Source: Opitutales bacterium (GTDB lineage: Bacteria > Verrucomicrobiota > Verrucomicrobiia > Opitutales > UBA2987). From it: a stretch of DNA of 60,172 nucleotides. Shown one piece after another: positions 1-9,361 of this stretch. The stretch's first letter is position 1. Each line of letters begins with the position of its first letter. The translations under genes were made by a program, and so were the position numbers. A model generated the notes under the pieces. That model ran no database searches, was not told the DNA's origin, and worked only from the letters and a program-made list of their open reading frames with translations. The stretch covers positions 1 to 60,172 of the forward strand of contig JAJFLV010000021.1 in the NCBI GenBank assembly GCA_021772535.1, written 5' to 3'.

Positions 1-106
1 CAAGGCGCAGTTCGTAAATCAGCGCGGGAGCGTAGTTCCCTACGTGACCAAGCGGTTTGCGGGCTGCAACGCAGCTATTCGCGCTTGTCGGATTTAGGCT
101 TCTTAA
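1..106. repeat. Right part of a REP/MITE-like structured repeat, truncated by the window edge
   Basis: CAAGGCGCA (1-9) and CAACGCAG (67-74) flank a long hairpin (gcagttcgtaaatc/ggtttgcgggctgc, inner cgtag-ttcc-ctacg). The same flanking motifs occur in the modules of the MITE at 15311-15588. Ends in ggcttctTAA. Confidence 0.6.
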
Positions 107-207
107 GGGCATTTTCGTATCCTCACATTCAGTGGCGGCCAGATTTGACCAGTTCTGCATCATAACTCTTTCATTACAAAATATTGTTCAACCGCCCTTA
201 AGAAGCC
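97..207. repeat. Perfect 14-bp inverted repeat GGCTTCTTAAGGGC / GCCCTTAAGAAGCC, probably junctions of adjacent MITE-like ends
   Basis: 97-110 is the exact reverse complement of 194-207; TTAA lies at the centre of each arm. Confidence 0.6.
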
Positions 208-334
208 GTTTGAAACTGTGGGGTTTACACCGCACTATCATGCCCGACGGTTCTTGAAAAAGGTTCCCAAGTATCCTACCTTGAACCTCAACCACCGGGA
301 TTTAGGTGTCCAATATTTGTCCAGGAAGTATCCT

Positions 335-1729
335 ATGAAAACAATCGCTTTTTTCCTCCTGAGTTTCCTTCTGTTTTTCTACAACCTCCAAGGGGCTTCG
401 AGCCACCCGGGATTTAAGGCCACCGTTGAGGTGGAGGAGGAGGTTTATAGCTTTGTCCCCCCTGACAACGGCACCAACCCGCTCTGGTGTTATGGAAATA
501 CCTGCATCGTACGCCACGGTGAGGACGTATTTGTCAGCGGGGTGGAAACCATGGAGGGAATTCCACCTTACAACAACACCCGCTGGCTCCTTTTCAAAAG
601 AGGCCAGGACGGTTGGAATTTGGTTCAAAAGGACGAAAAGGACCTCACCCGTGAACCCTCGCCCCTGACTGTGTTTCCCGACGGGCGAATTTTCCTCTCA
701 GCCAACCCCACACTTGAACCAGGGAAAGAAGGGGGAAGCTCGGCAGAGCCTCGGTTGCTGCGTTTTTCAGCCTCCGACATTGAAGCTCCCTACAAAACGA
801 TTGTGCCGGTATGGAATACAGAATTTGGATTCAGGGAACATACCTATCGCAGTTTCGTGACCGATCGCAACAAAGGTGACATGATATTGTTTCAAAACGA
901 AAGTGATGATGATAACCTGGCTATTTGGACCTACCGAAACGCCAAGGGCGATTGGTCTCATCAGGGAATTTTGCCTTACCCCTGGGGGCCTGATTATGAG
1001 GAGCCTCAGACCATCCGCGTCTGTTACCCGGCAGTGCAGTTGCGGGAACGGCAAGTCCACTTTTTCGGCGTTAGCGACATCGTGGAACCGAACCTTGCCT
1101 GGCGCGAATACAAACGCGAGTTGACGGGCCGCAAGTGGGATTATGACTTCCGCCGAATGTTTTACACTTGGTCGGAAGATATAACGGAGGGCAAATTCAA
1201 ACCGTGGGTGGAAGTGGCCAGCCGGGAGGAGACCTGCGGCTGGCTCTTCCCTGCGGATATCTGGGTCGCCCGAGACAACCGGGCCCATGTGCTCTGGTCG
1301 GAACGTGCCATCGACGAGAGACTGAGGGAGAAATTTTTCCCGGAAGCCAAACAATCCCATGCCCTCAATTACGCCATTTTGGATAATGGGGAAGTGGTTT
1401 TCCGAAAGCCGGTCATGATGGTTCAGGAAGGAGAATCTGAAATCGTCCCCAGAGCAGGAAGGTTTCACATAACCCCAGACGAGAGGATTTTTGTTTTCTA
1501 CTCACTGGGACCCCAGAATGCCGAGTGGGGGAAACCCGGAACAGAAAATCGCATGGTCGAAGTTAAAGATGGGGGCAAATTTTCGAAACCGGTCATTTTG
1601 GAAATGAAATCACCTTTGCAACGATTTTTCACAGCCACTCCGCGAAGCGGTTCACCTCCTTCACAAACGCTGGATGTTTTAGGCTTGGACGGCAATACAA
1701 TGCGTTATGCTCGCATCAGAATCGAGTAA
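335..1729 (+). CDS. Secreted hypothetical protein, probably beta-rich/propeller-like; paralogue of the N-terminal part of 1796..4363
   Basis: ATG at 335 after aggaag; signal peptide MKTIAFFLLSFLLFFYNLQGA; long blocks identical to the downstream ORF. The ORF track extends it to 218. Confidence 0.8.
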   Translation: MKTIAFFLLSFLLFFYNLQGASSHPGFKATVEVEEEVYSFVPPDNGTNPLWCYGNTCIVRHGEDVFVSGVETMEGIPPYNNTRWLLFKRGQDGWNLVQKDEKDLTREPSPLTVFPDGRIFLSANPTLEPGKEGGSSAEPRLLRFSASDIEAPYKTIVPVWNTEFGFREHTYRSFVTDRNKGDMILFQNESDDDNLAIWTYRNAKGDWSHQGILPYPWGPDYEEPQTIRVCYPAVQLRERQVHFFGVSDIVEPNLAWREYKRELTGRKWDYDFRRMFYTWSEDITEGKFKPWVEVASREETCGWLFPADIWVARDNRAHVLWSERAIDERLREKFFPEAKQSHALNYAILDNGEVVFRKPVMMVQEGESEIVPRAGRFHITPDERIFVFYSLGPQNAEWGKPGTENRMVEVKDGGKFSKPVILEMKSPLQRFFTATPRSGSPPSQTLDVLGLDGNTMRYARIRIE

Positions 1730-1795
1730 AATGAGTCAACGAGACCTGGGTTCGTCGTTTAATATTTCAATCTTCAATCAGGAGGGCTTTAATCC

Positions 1796-4363
1796 GTGAG
1801 AACAATAGCATTCTTCATCATTGGATTATGCCTTATCTACTTCCGCGCCAGTGGAGCTTCGCGACAACCCGGGTTTCAGGCCACTGTTGAAGTAGAGGAG
1901 GAGGTTTACAGTTTTGTCCTCCCCAACAACGGCTCCAATCCGCTCTGGTGTTACGGAAATACCTGCATCGTCCGCCATGGCGAGGAAGTATTCATTAGCG
2001 GGATGGAAACCCTGGAAGGAATTCCACCCGACAACAATACCCGCTGGCTTCTTTTCAAACGGGACGAGAATGGCTGGAAGCTCGTTCACAAGGATGAGAA
2101 AGACCTCACCCGCGAACCCACGCCTCTGACCATATTGCCAAACGGCCAAATTTTTCTCTCCGCCAATCCGACTTTGGAACCGGGAAAAGAAGCGACAGGG
2201 CCATTCGGGAGAAGCCGGGCCGAGCCTCGCCTGCTTCAATTTTCGGTCTCCGAATTTGAGGCTCCCTACAAAACCATTGTGCCGGTGTGGCATAAAAAAT
2301 TCGGGTTCCGGGAAACTACCTATCGCAGTTTCGTGGCCGACAGTGCCGGCAACGACATGATTTTGATTCAAAATGAAAGTGATAAGGAAAACATGGCCGT
2401 TTGGACCTACCGGAATGCCAACGGCGATTGGTCCCACCAAGGAAATTTGCCTTATCCATGGGGGTCGGATTACGAGGAACCCCAGTCCATCCGTGTCTGC
2501 TACCCTGCGGTTCAGTTGCGGGAGCGAGAGGTTCACTTTTTCGGAGTCAGCGACATCATCGAACCGAATCCGGCCTGGCGTGACTTTAAATATCAATTGA
2601 CCAATCGAAAATGGGATTACGACTTTCGGCGCATGTTTTATACCTGGTCGGACGATATAACCATGGGCCAATTCAACCCCTGGGTGGAAATTGCAAGCAG
2701 GGAGAAAACCTGTGGCTGGCTCTTCCCGGCTGATCTTTGGGTCGCCCGCAACGGCCTCGTTCATCTGCTCTGGACGGAACGCGCCCTTGACGAACGCCTG
2801 CGGGAGAAATTCTTTCCCGATGCCAAACAGTCCCATGCCCTCAATTATGCGGTTCTGGATGATGGCGAGGTAGTTTTCAGGGCACCGGTAATGCAGGTCG
2901 AGGAAGGAGAGTCGGAATTCGTTCCCGCCTCCGGCAGATTTCACATAACACCCGATGAGAGAATGTTCATTTTCTATTCCATCGCACCCAAAGATGCTGG
3001 GTGGGAAGTCCAGGCGGTCGAAAATCGCATGATCGAGGTCAAAGACAACGGCGCTTTTTCCGAACCGGTCGTTTTGGATATGAAGACTCCCCTGCAACGA
3101 TTTTTTACGGCAACCCCCCGAGGCGGCTCGCCTCCCTCGCAAACGCTTGATGTTCTCGGAATGGTAGGTGATACAATGAGATATGCGCGGATCAGGATCG
3201 AGGATTTAAAAGAAAGGAATACGATAATGGAACCGAATATGATCGGCGCTTACGGCCCTTGGGCCGCCGGGTTGGCCAAAGACCCCCCAAATCTCTCTTT
3301 CCGCCACCCAAAATTCCAGGATGTGGAAAAATGGCGGCCCATCGCTCGCCAAAGAATGGCGGAACTCCTGGCCCAGGCGGACAGTGGAGGCATTCCCGAA
3401 GTTACCGTGCATGAGCAATACATTTACGACGGCTTGCACTGCGAGTTGCTCTCATGGCAGCTTCCTTACGGCCCTCGCACCGAAGCCATCTTTTTAAAAC
3501 CAGCCGGGGCCAAGGGCCCGTTGCCGGGGGTGTTGGCCCTGCATGATCACTCCGGCAACAAATATTTCGGCAAAAGGAAAGTAGCTCGAACCGCGGATGA
3601 TCGGCACCCAATGATGGAAAAACACCACCAAAAAATGTATGAAGGCCGACCGTGGGCCAATGCTTTGGCCAAACGCGGCTATGCCGTCCTGGTGCCCGAT
3701 ATCTTCCCCTTTGGCAGCCGAAGGGTTATGCTGGAAGATGTGCCTATAAAAATACGGGATGGAATTACCGCTCCCGATTCGGAGGACGAGGAGTTTATCG
3801 AAGCCTACAATAGTTGGGCCAAGGACCATGAATCGATCCTGGCCAAGTCGCTGTTCTCTGCCGGGACGACCTGGCCGGCAACCTTCCTGGCAGACGATCA
3901 GAGAGCCCTCGATGTCCTCTGCGCCCGTCAGGATGTGGACGCGGATCGCGTTGGTTGCGGTGGACTTTCCGGAGGCGGCATGCAAACGGTTTTTCTCGGC
4001 GGCATGGACCCCAGAATCAAGGTAGCGGTTTGCGTCGGACTGATGTCCACCTGGCGCGACTTTTTGCTCAATCGTTCCCATAACCATACCTGGATGGCCT
4101 ATGTCCCCAAACTTCCCCACGATCTTGATTTTCCAGAGATACTGGGATTGCGGACACCGCTGCCCACCCTGGTTCTAAACAACACGGAAGACCCGTTATT
4201 CACCCTGCCTGAAATGCAGCGGGCGGACAGAATATTAGCGGAGGTTTACAGCAAAGCGGGCGCCCCGGACAACTACCGATGTTCCTTTCATTCCGGTGGA
4301 CATAAATTCGATCAATCCATGCAGGAAGAAGCCTTTGCCTGGTTCGACCGCTGGTTGCAGTAA
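1796..4363 (+). CDS. Secreted paralogue domain fused to a C-terminal alpha/beta hydrolase (dienelactone hydrolase/acetyl xylan esterase-like)
   Basis: GTG start with AGGAGG at 1780-1785; signal peptide; hydrolase motifs LPGVLALHDH, GLSGGG (nucleophile elbow), EDPLF and GGHKF. Confidence 0.85.
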   Translation: MRTIAFFIIGLCLIYFRASGASRQPGFQATVEVEEEVYSFVLPNNGSNPLWCYGNTCIVRHGEEVFISGMETLEGIPPDNNTRWLLFKRDENGWKLVHKDEKDLTREPTPLTILPNGQIFLSANPTLEPGKEATGPFGRSRAEPRLLQFSVSEFEAPYKTIVPVWHKKFGFRETTYRSFVADSAGNDMILIQNESDKENMAVWTYRNANGDWSHQGNLPYPWGSDYEEPQSIRVCYPAVQLREREVHFFGVSDIIEPNPAWRDFKYQLTNRKWDYDFRRMFYTWSDDITMGQFNPWVEIASREKTCGWLFPADLWVARNGLVHLLWTERALDERLREKFFPDAKQSHALNYAVLDDGEVVFRAPVMQVEEGESEFVPASGRFHITPDERMFIFYSIAPKDAGWEVQAVENRMIEVKDNGAFSEPVVLDMKTPLQRFFTATPRGGSPPSQTLDVLGMVGDTMRYARIRIEDLKERNTIMEPNMIGAYGPWAAGLAKDPPNLSFRHPKFQDVEKWRPIARQRMAELLAQADSGGIPEVTVHEQYIYDGLHCELLSWQLPYGPRTEAIFLKPAGAKGPLPGVLALHDHSGNKYFGKRKVARTADDRHPMMEKHHQKMYEGRPWANALAKRGYAVLVPDIFPFGSRRVMLEDVPIKIRDGITAPDSEDEEFIEAYNSWAKDHESILAKSLFSAGTTWPATFLADDQRALDVLCARQDVDADRVGCGGLSGGGMQTVFLGGMDPRIKVAVCVGLMSTWRDFLLNRSHNHTWMAYVPKLPHDLDFPEILGLRTPLPTLVLNNTEDPLFTLPEMQRADRILAEVYSKAGAPDNYRCSFHSGGHKFDQSMQEEAFAWFDRWLQ

Positions 4364-4408
4364 TAACCGTTGTATCTGCAAATACCCATCGATTAAATCT
4401 GTATTTGG

Positions 4409-5083
4409 TTACTCTTCGGGTATGCTCGAAGTAAGGAAAATAGATTCGAAATTTGTTTTTGAGAAAGCATCCACGTCCGACAGCGGGCCAAAGAGCGTGG
4501 CCACAAACAGAATCTTGTCCACCTTGAGAAAATATTCGTAATATTTGGTCACGACATCCGATTCTGGATCGGGGTCGGCAATGGTGTAAACGAGCCTGAG
4601 ATTTACCTGCCCCAAGGGCATGGTAGCCTGACCTTCCGGCAGGTATTCGTCATCGTCGTTAAGCCACTCAAGCTGAACTTTCGGGTCGACCCTGAGCGAC
4701 TCGAGATAACCGCGGATGGACTTCGGTTCGATATCGGGGAGAAACTCTTTTTCACCGTAAAGAGAAAAAGCAAATTGAATTTTCTGGTTTCCCCGGAATC
4801 TGTAGATGATGGAATACTGAGAATTGTTAAACCGCGTCCAGGACATGGGATTGTCCATGAAAATATTGAAAGCACCTCCCTCCAGATAGTATTCCTGGAC
4901 CTCCTCGCCATCCCCCTCAACGGTCTTGAGGACAGGTTTCAAAGGCGGCCTGGGGGAGTCCGGCTTTTCATAAATAGGCCCCTTGTAGGGTGCCAGGGTT
5001 ACTTGGGCAACCAATTCTCCACCACCAATAATGATGATTTGGGCTGCCGCCAATACCATATAAATCGATTGAAAGAGTTTCAT
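4409..5083 (-). CDS. Exported hypothetical protein
   Basis: 224-aa ORF with a signal-peptide-like N-terminus; co-oriented with and downstream of the pilin trio. Confidence 0.7.
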   Translation of the reverse strand: MKLFQSIYMVLAAAQIIIIGGGELVAQVTLAPYKGPIYEKPDSPRPPLKPVLKTVEGDGEEVQEYYLEGGAFNIFMDNPMSWTRFNNSQYSIIYRFRGNQKIQFAFSLYGEKEFLPDIEPKSIRGYLESLRVDPKVQLEWLNDDDEYLPEGQATMPLGQVNLRLVYTIADPDPESDVVTKYYEYFLKVDKILFVATLFGPLSDVDAFSKTNFESIFLTSSIPEE

Positions 5084-5225
5084 GATTTCTGATCGAAGAT
5101 GATTGTCGTTTAGATTAATACAAGGCCAGAATTAGGAGGAGAAGTCGAATCCATCAAATCAATTTTGCAGATCCGCAAGAACCGTTTGTGTTGGGAAATA
5201 GTAATATGACCTTGTCACCCGGAAA

Positions 5226-7538
5226 TTATGGACCAGTCCACAAACTATTGATGGCCGTTGTGTATTCCGCTTCTGTCAAATCCTTGAAGGCGGTCCGCCG
5301 GAAGGTGCGGGCGTTGGGCGAACCCGGCGGGTAATTGCCGTCTCGGAAATTCTGGCTGAACCCAAAATTACGGGATGGCCAGCGGTAATAATGGGTGTAA
5401 TTGGAGGGCCTCGTCCCGGGATGCACTTCGCTCTGAAACAATGATACAAGCGAGCCGCGAATGGTCAGGGTTTTCCCGCTCCAGTATTCGATGAAGCGTG
5501 GAAAGTTATGCAGCCCCCCGCTGCTCGAGCCGTCGTCGCCCGGAGCGCCCTGGGGAACGGTGGGAGCAAGGCCGGTCAGGATGGCTGCCGAGATTTCCGT
5601 GCTGTAGGTGGGGCGGTTGCTGGAAGAGACCGAACCATCGGCGCTTCGCTGGCGCCCTCTCCCGGATTCACCGTAGCGGCTTGATAGCACCGTAAAAGTG
5701 TCTGCCACCAGTGCCGCCGGAGGCTCGTTGGCACTATCGAGGGCAACCGAATTGGCTCCGGTGCCGTTGGCGTTAAAATGCCCCATTGAATAAAGCGGGT
5801 TGTTGGTCGCCAGTGTCCAGCCGCGTTCCGCCACAAAATTGGTATTGGTGAGGTAGGGATCGGGTATTTGCTTGGCGTTAATCGTCATGAGGGCGACATT
5901 CACGTCATTTCCCTTCACAATCTTGTCCACCCGCCCCCCGGAATTGGCTACCGTCGGGAATTCCACATAGGTGACCCCGTTCCACCATTTTTCCGGCTTG
6001 TAGGTGGAGCCGCCGGTCCCGGCCGGGTCCCAGTCGGCCGCGTCGTTATCCTCAACAGCGTCTTTCAGTTTACCCACGTTGATGGCAAGTATATCGAGGG
6101 CCTTATCCTGGCGGTGGTCAAACATCCCGCCAATGGGTCTTCCGGAGCTGTTCTTTTGATAATCGTCCACTGTCGCCGTGTCGGAGGAGGAAATGCTCGA
6201 TAAACTGCTATTGGGCGCCCCAAAGACGCCGTCTGGAATTTTCAGCTCTATACGTACCGGCGTGCCGTCCGCGGCCAGCACCGGAGCGCTTGTCGGATCG
6301 TCCGGATTGGTCCGCTGATAACGGTAGGCTTTCACCGTGTAGGAATTGGGCACATAGGAGCCCGCAGCAACTGGGGGGGCGCTATTAGCGGGAATGCCCA
6401 CCCGGCCGTTTCCCGTGACAGAGACGATGAGACCGGCTTTGTAGGCGAATTTTTGTTTGCGGACGGCATCGTCCTTGTAGTCCACATGCGCCGTGGGGAG
6501 AACCGGCTCGATGACGGAATAGGCGTGATTTTCAAGTTCGTTGACCCCAGTGGTGTAGGGATTATCGGGCACATAGTCGTCAATCCCCAGCGGATTGAGG
6601 GTGTGTACCTGGTGGGCGCTATCCTGGGCCATGCCGTCCCATCGCTGCACCGATTTTTCCCGCCATTCGGCGTCTCTATGGTCCAGCCAGGAGGAATAGG
6701 AGCTTGTCGAGCCGCCGTTGTACATGTTCCGGCTGGTTCCTCCGGAGTCCTTGATATAGACGGGTCCGGTTTTTGTGGTGATGCCTCTTTTCTTTTCTCC
6801 ATGCATGATGCGCCCGGCCGAGGAAACGCCCTCCGTGAGGTTCAACGGGCCCGATGAATTGGCCTCCATCCAGATATCGGTATTGGAATGGATGGGGCCG
6901 CTGATGGTCATGGTTGAGCCGGAATGCATCTCCAGGTCCATGTTATAAAAAACGGCGTGCCCGAAAAGAGGCGCATCGCGAACCTGCAGTCGCTGCATCG
7001 TATAGGCGGTCAAATCGCCGCCGAAACCGGAGGGTTCGGCGGTGGCTTTGCCGAAAACCTCTATTTCCCGCACAAATACCCGCTTGCCTTTCATCGGGTC
7101 AAGGTCGTTGACTGGATCGGCAGGGTCGATATAGCGCCATTCACCGGGAGGCACCACACCGCCCGTCAGAATCGTGTCGGAAGAGTTGGTCGATATTTCG
7201 CTGTCGGCATAAAAACTTGAATAAGCGGTAGGCTGCTTCAAAGGCCGCGTTTGCAGTTCATTGATGGGAAAACTCGTTTGGCCCACAAATCGCGCAATGA
7301 GTTCGGCGAAACCGTATTCCACAATCGACTCGGAAGCATTTTTGGCCTGCACCCGCAAGACATGCCGAATATTCAGCCGTTTTTCCGTCACACTCCAATT
7401 GAGAGTGACTCCTGCAACGAGCAGAAGGCCCGTCCCTATCATCATGACCGTCATCAGGGCGGAACCTTTCTTCCGCCGGTTATTTCTCCCATCTGATAAT
7501 TTCAGATCCTCTTTTTTGCCAATCTTCAACCAATTCAT
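5226..7538 (-). CDS. Large PilX-like type IV minor pilin/pseudopilin with a big C-terminal domain
   Basis: Basic leader followed by KKG|SALMTVMMIGTGLLLV (no Glu5, as in PilX/GspK); C-terminal GGLHNFPRFIEYW...GSLVSLF motif. Confidence 0.75.
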   Translation of the reverse strand: MNWLKIGKKEDLKLSDGRNNRRKKGSALMTVMMIGTGLLLVAGVTLNWSVTEKRLNIRHVLRVQAKNASESIVEYGFAELIARFVGQTSFPINELQTRPLKQPTAYSSFYADSEISTNSSDTILTGGVVPPGEWRYIDPADPVNDLDPMKGKRVFVREIEVFGKATAEPSGFGGDLTAYTMQRLQVRDAPLFGHAVFYNMDLEMHSGSTMTISGPIHSNTDIWMEANSSGPLNLTEGVSSAGRIMHGEKKRGITTKTGPVYIKDSGGTSRNMYNGGSTSSYSSWLDHRDAEWREKSVQRWDGMAQDSAHQVHTLNPLGIDDYVPDNPYTTGVNELENHAYSVIEPVLPTAHVDYKDDAVRKQKFAYKAGLIVSVTGNGRVGIPANSAPPVAAGSYVPNSYTVKAYRYQRTNPDDPTSAPVLAADGTPVRIELKIPDGVFGAPNSSLSSISSSDTATVDDYQKNSSGRPIGGMFDHRQDKALDILAINVGKLKDAVEDNDAADWDPAGTGGSTYKPEKWWNGVTYVEFPTVANSGGRVDKIVKGNDVNVALMTINAKQIPDPYLTNTNFVAERGWTLATNNPLYSMGHFNANGTGANSVALDSANEPPAALVADTFTVLSSRYGESGRGRQRSADGSVSSSNRPTYSTEISAAILTGLAPTVPQGAPGDDGSSSGGLHNFPRFIEYWSGKTLTIRGSLVSLFQSEVHPGTRPSNYTHYYRWPSRNFGFSQNFRDGNYPPGSPNARTFRRTAFKDLTEAEYTTAINSLWTGP

Positions 7539-7611
7539 AATATTTCCAGCCCTCTTTTTCTTTAACTCCTTGAACGGGTAAGTTTAATAATTTTAGTTAT
7601 GTATGGCTTTT

Positions 7612-8310
7612 TCAGCCGCGCGGCGAAATTGTGAAATTATAGGTGTCGGTGACCCTCTTGGCCACGTTGCCATGGTAGATTTGGCCGTTCACCATGATGC
7701 TGCGGTCGCGGAAATTGTAAAACAGCCGCCCGTTGGCCAGCCCGCGGGACAGCTCGATGACTTCCTGGAAGATAGGCTCAAAGCTGACGGACGGAATCAG
7801 TTGCTCCACTTTCAGGTTTTGCGAGGATGCCGGGACCGTCATGTCGAATTTCCTGACCGGACCGGTGTTGGTCGTTTCCGCAGTTTCGTCGATGGAACGG
7901 TAGTACCCAACAAGCCTGACAATGGGGGCCGGGGTTGTGTCGGCCGGGTTCGGATCCGTCCCATAAAAAATAAGCACCAGCAAATCGCCCGATTCCCCAT
8001 CGTGCTTGCGGTAATCCTCGTAGGTATTTCCCACCGGGGGATGCCGAAAAGTTCCGTAAAAATCTTCGTAAAGCGTGAAATGGTTCGCATCCCTGGCATT
8101 ATCCGTCATCTCGTTGGTCAACTCGCGGATATTGGCGTTGATTCTGAGTTTGCCCCCGGTAGTAAACATCAACAGCGTCGAATCCATGTAAAACCGGGTC
8201 AAGCCAAGCATCACCAGACCCATCACCGTCATCGTGATGAGCAACTCGGGAAGGGTCATGCCCAGACCCTTTTTTGGCAGATTTCGCTTCATGACAATTT
8301 TTCTTTCCAT
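7612..8310 (-). CDS. PilW-like prepilin (N-terminal cleavage/methylation motif)
   Basis: KKGLG|MTLPELLITMTVMGLVML class III signal with Glu5. Confidence 0.8.
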   Translation of the reverse strand: MERKIVMKRNLPKKGLGMTLPELLITMTVMGLVMLGLTRFYMDSTLLMFTTGGKLRINANIRELTNEMTDNARDANHFTLYEDFYGTFRHPPVGNTYEDYRKHDGESGDLLVLIFYGTDPNPADTTPAPIVRLVGYYRSIDETAETTNTGPVRKFDMTVPASSQNLKVEQLIPSVSFEPIFQEVIELSRGLANGRLFYNFRDRSIMVNGQIYHGNVAKRVTDTYNFTISPRG

Positions 8311-8335
8311 AACACAAATGATTCAGAATAAACGG

Positions 8336-8908
8336 CTAAAAGGTCGGAACAAACGATTTAACCAGGCGCACGGTACCGTCCCTCAACTCCGGGGAACCTT
8401 TTTCCGGACTCAAGAATTGGTATTCCAGGGTTATCTCAAGCGCCCGCAAAGGATTGGCGCCGGTATCGAGATCGACCACCGTTGGCCGTATCAGGTAACT
8501 CATGGTCACCGGGCTCGGGTTGGCCGATTCCGGATTGCGGATATCGATGACCACTTTCTTGGAATTGGACGCATGCTCTTTTTGGGAATTTATGTAGATG
8601 GGGTCGTCGATTTCGATTCCAGCCCCTGTGGTCGAGGTAATGGCGGAAATGCTTTTGGTCGGCAATGGGATTGAATTGTCGCCAACGCTATCCAGCACGA
8701 CATTGTATTCCATGCTTTTAATCTGCTCCAGATAGCCTTGGGTGATGGTCAAAGCGGTGTTCCCGTAGATGTTGGCCTCGGCAATTCGACGCGACAGTAA
8801 AACTGATGACAGGATCGTCACCGCCAAAACGGAAAATATGGTCATCGCAATCATCACCTCGATGAGGCTCATACCCTTTGATCTCTGTAGGCTGCAAAAA
8901 CTTTTCAT
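8336..8908 (-). CDS. PilV-like prepilin (N-terminal cleavage/methylation motif)
   Basis: RSKG|MSLIEVMIAMTIFSVLAV class III signal with Glu5. Confidence 0.8.
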   Translation of the reverse strand: MKSFCSLQRSKGMSLIEVMIAMTIFSVLAVTILSSVLLSRRIAEANIYGNTALTITQGYLEQIKSMEYNVVLDSVGDNSIPLPTKSISAITSTTGAGIEIDDPIYINSQKEHASNSKKVVIDIRNPESANPSPVTMSYLIRPTVVDLDTGANPLRALEITLEYQFLSPEKGSPELRDGTVRLVKSFVPTF

Positions 8909-9361
8909 AACACTGAGCGAATTGGGGAATTGACGCCGCCAAACACAATTACGTCGGGGGGATATTTGGAATAAACGGCACGCAATTTTCTTTACTAATT
9001 CATTGAGGGGGAGGTCGGCTCATAAAGAATATACTAACCAACTTAATGTCCGATTAGGATAAATATTTTTCAGAAAAAATCAATCCTTTTCTTCTTCCCA
9101 CCGCAATGTTGAAATAAATTACACAAATGGGAAACCATCCATTCCGAATTTCAGAAAAATTGATTTTCATTTATTATCTGTTGTCTATCAGTTGATTATA
9201 AATGTGACTAGGCGGTTCACTACAAACGGGTTAAGGTATTCCTCCCATTTCAAAAATAAGGGAAAGCCCCCACACTCGACTCTACCAATCGTCAATTCAC
9301 GTTTATGTTATTCCGAAACCGCAACAGGTTGAAATTCGACTGGTGAATCTTTAGCCCGCAA

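Noticed and set aside
1826-3142. 438-aa antisense ORF, and 767..1468 opposite the first paralogue
   Set aside because: Shadow frames exactly opposite well-supported genes; no recognisable motifs.
8976-8990. CGGCAC-N5-TTTC, sigma54-like, upstream of the pilin genes
   Set aside because: Wrong strand for the pilin operon and lacks the -12 GC.
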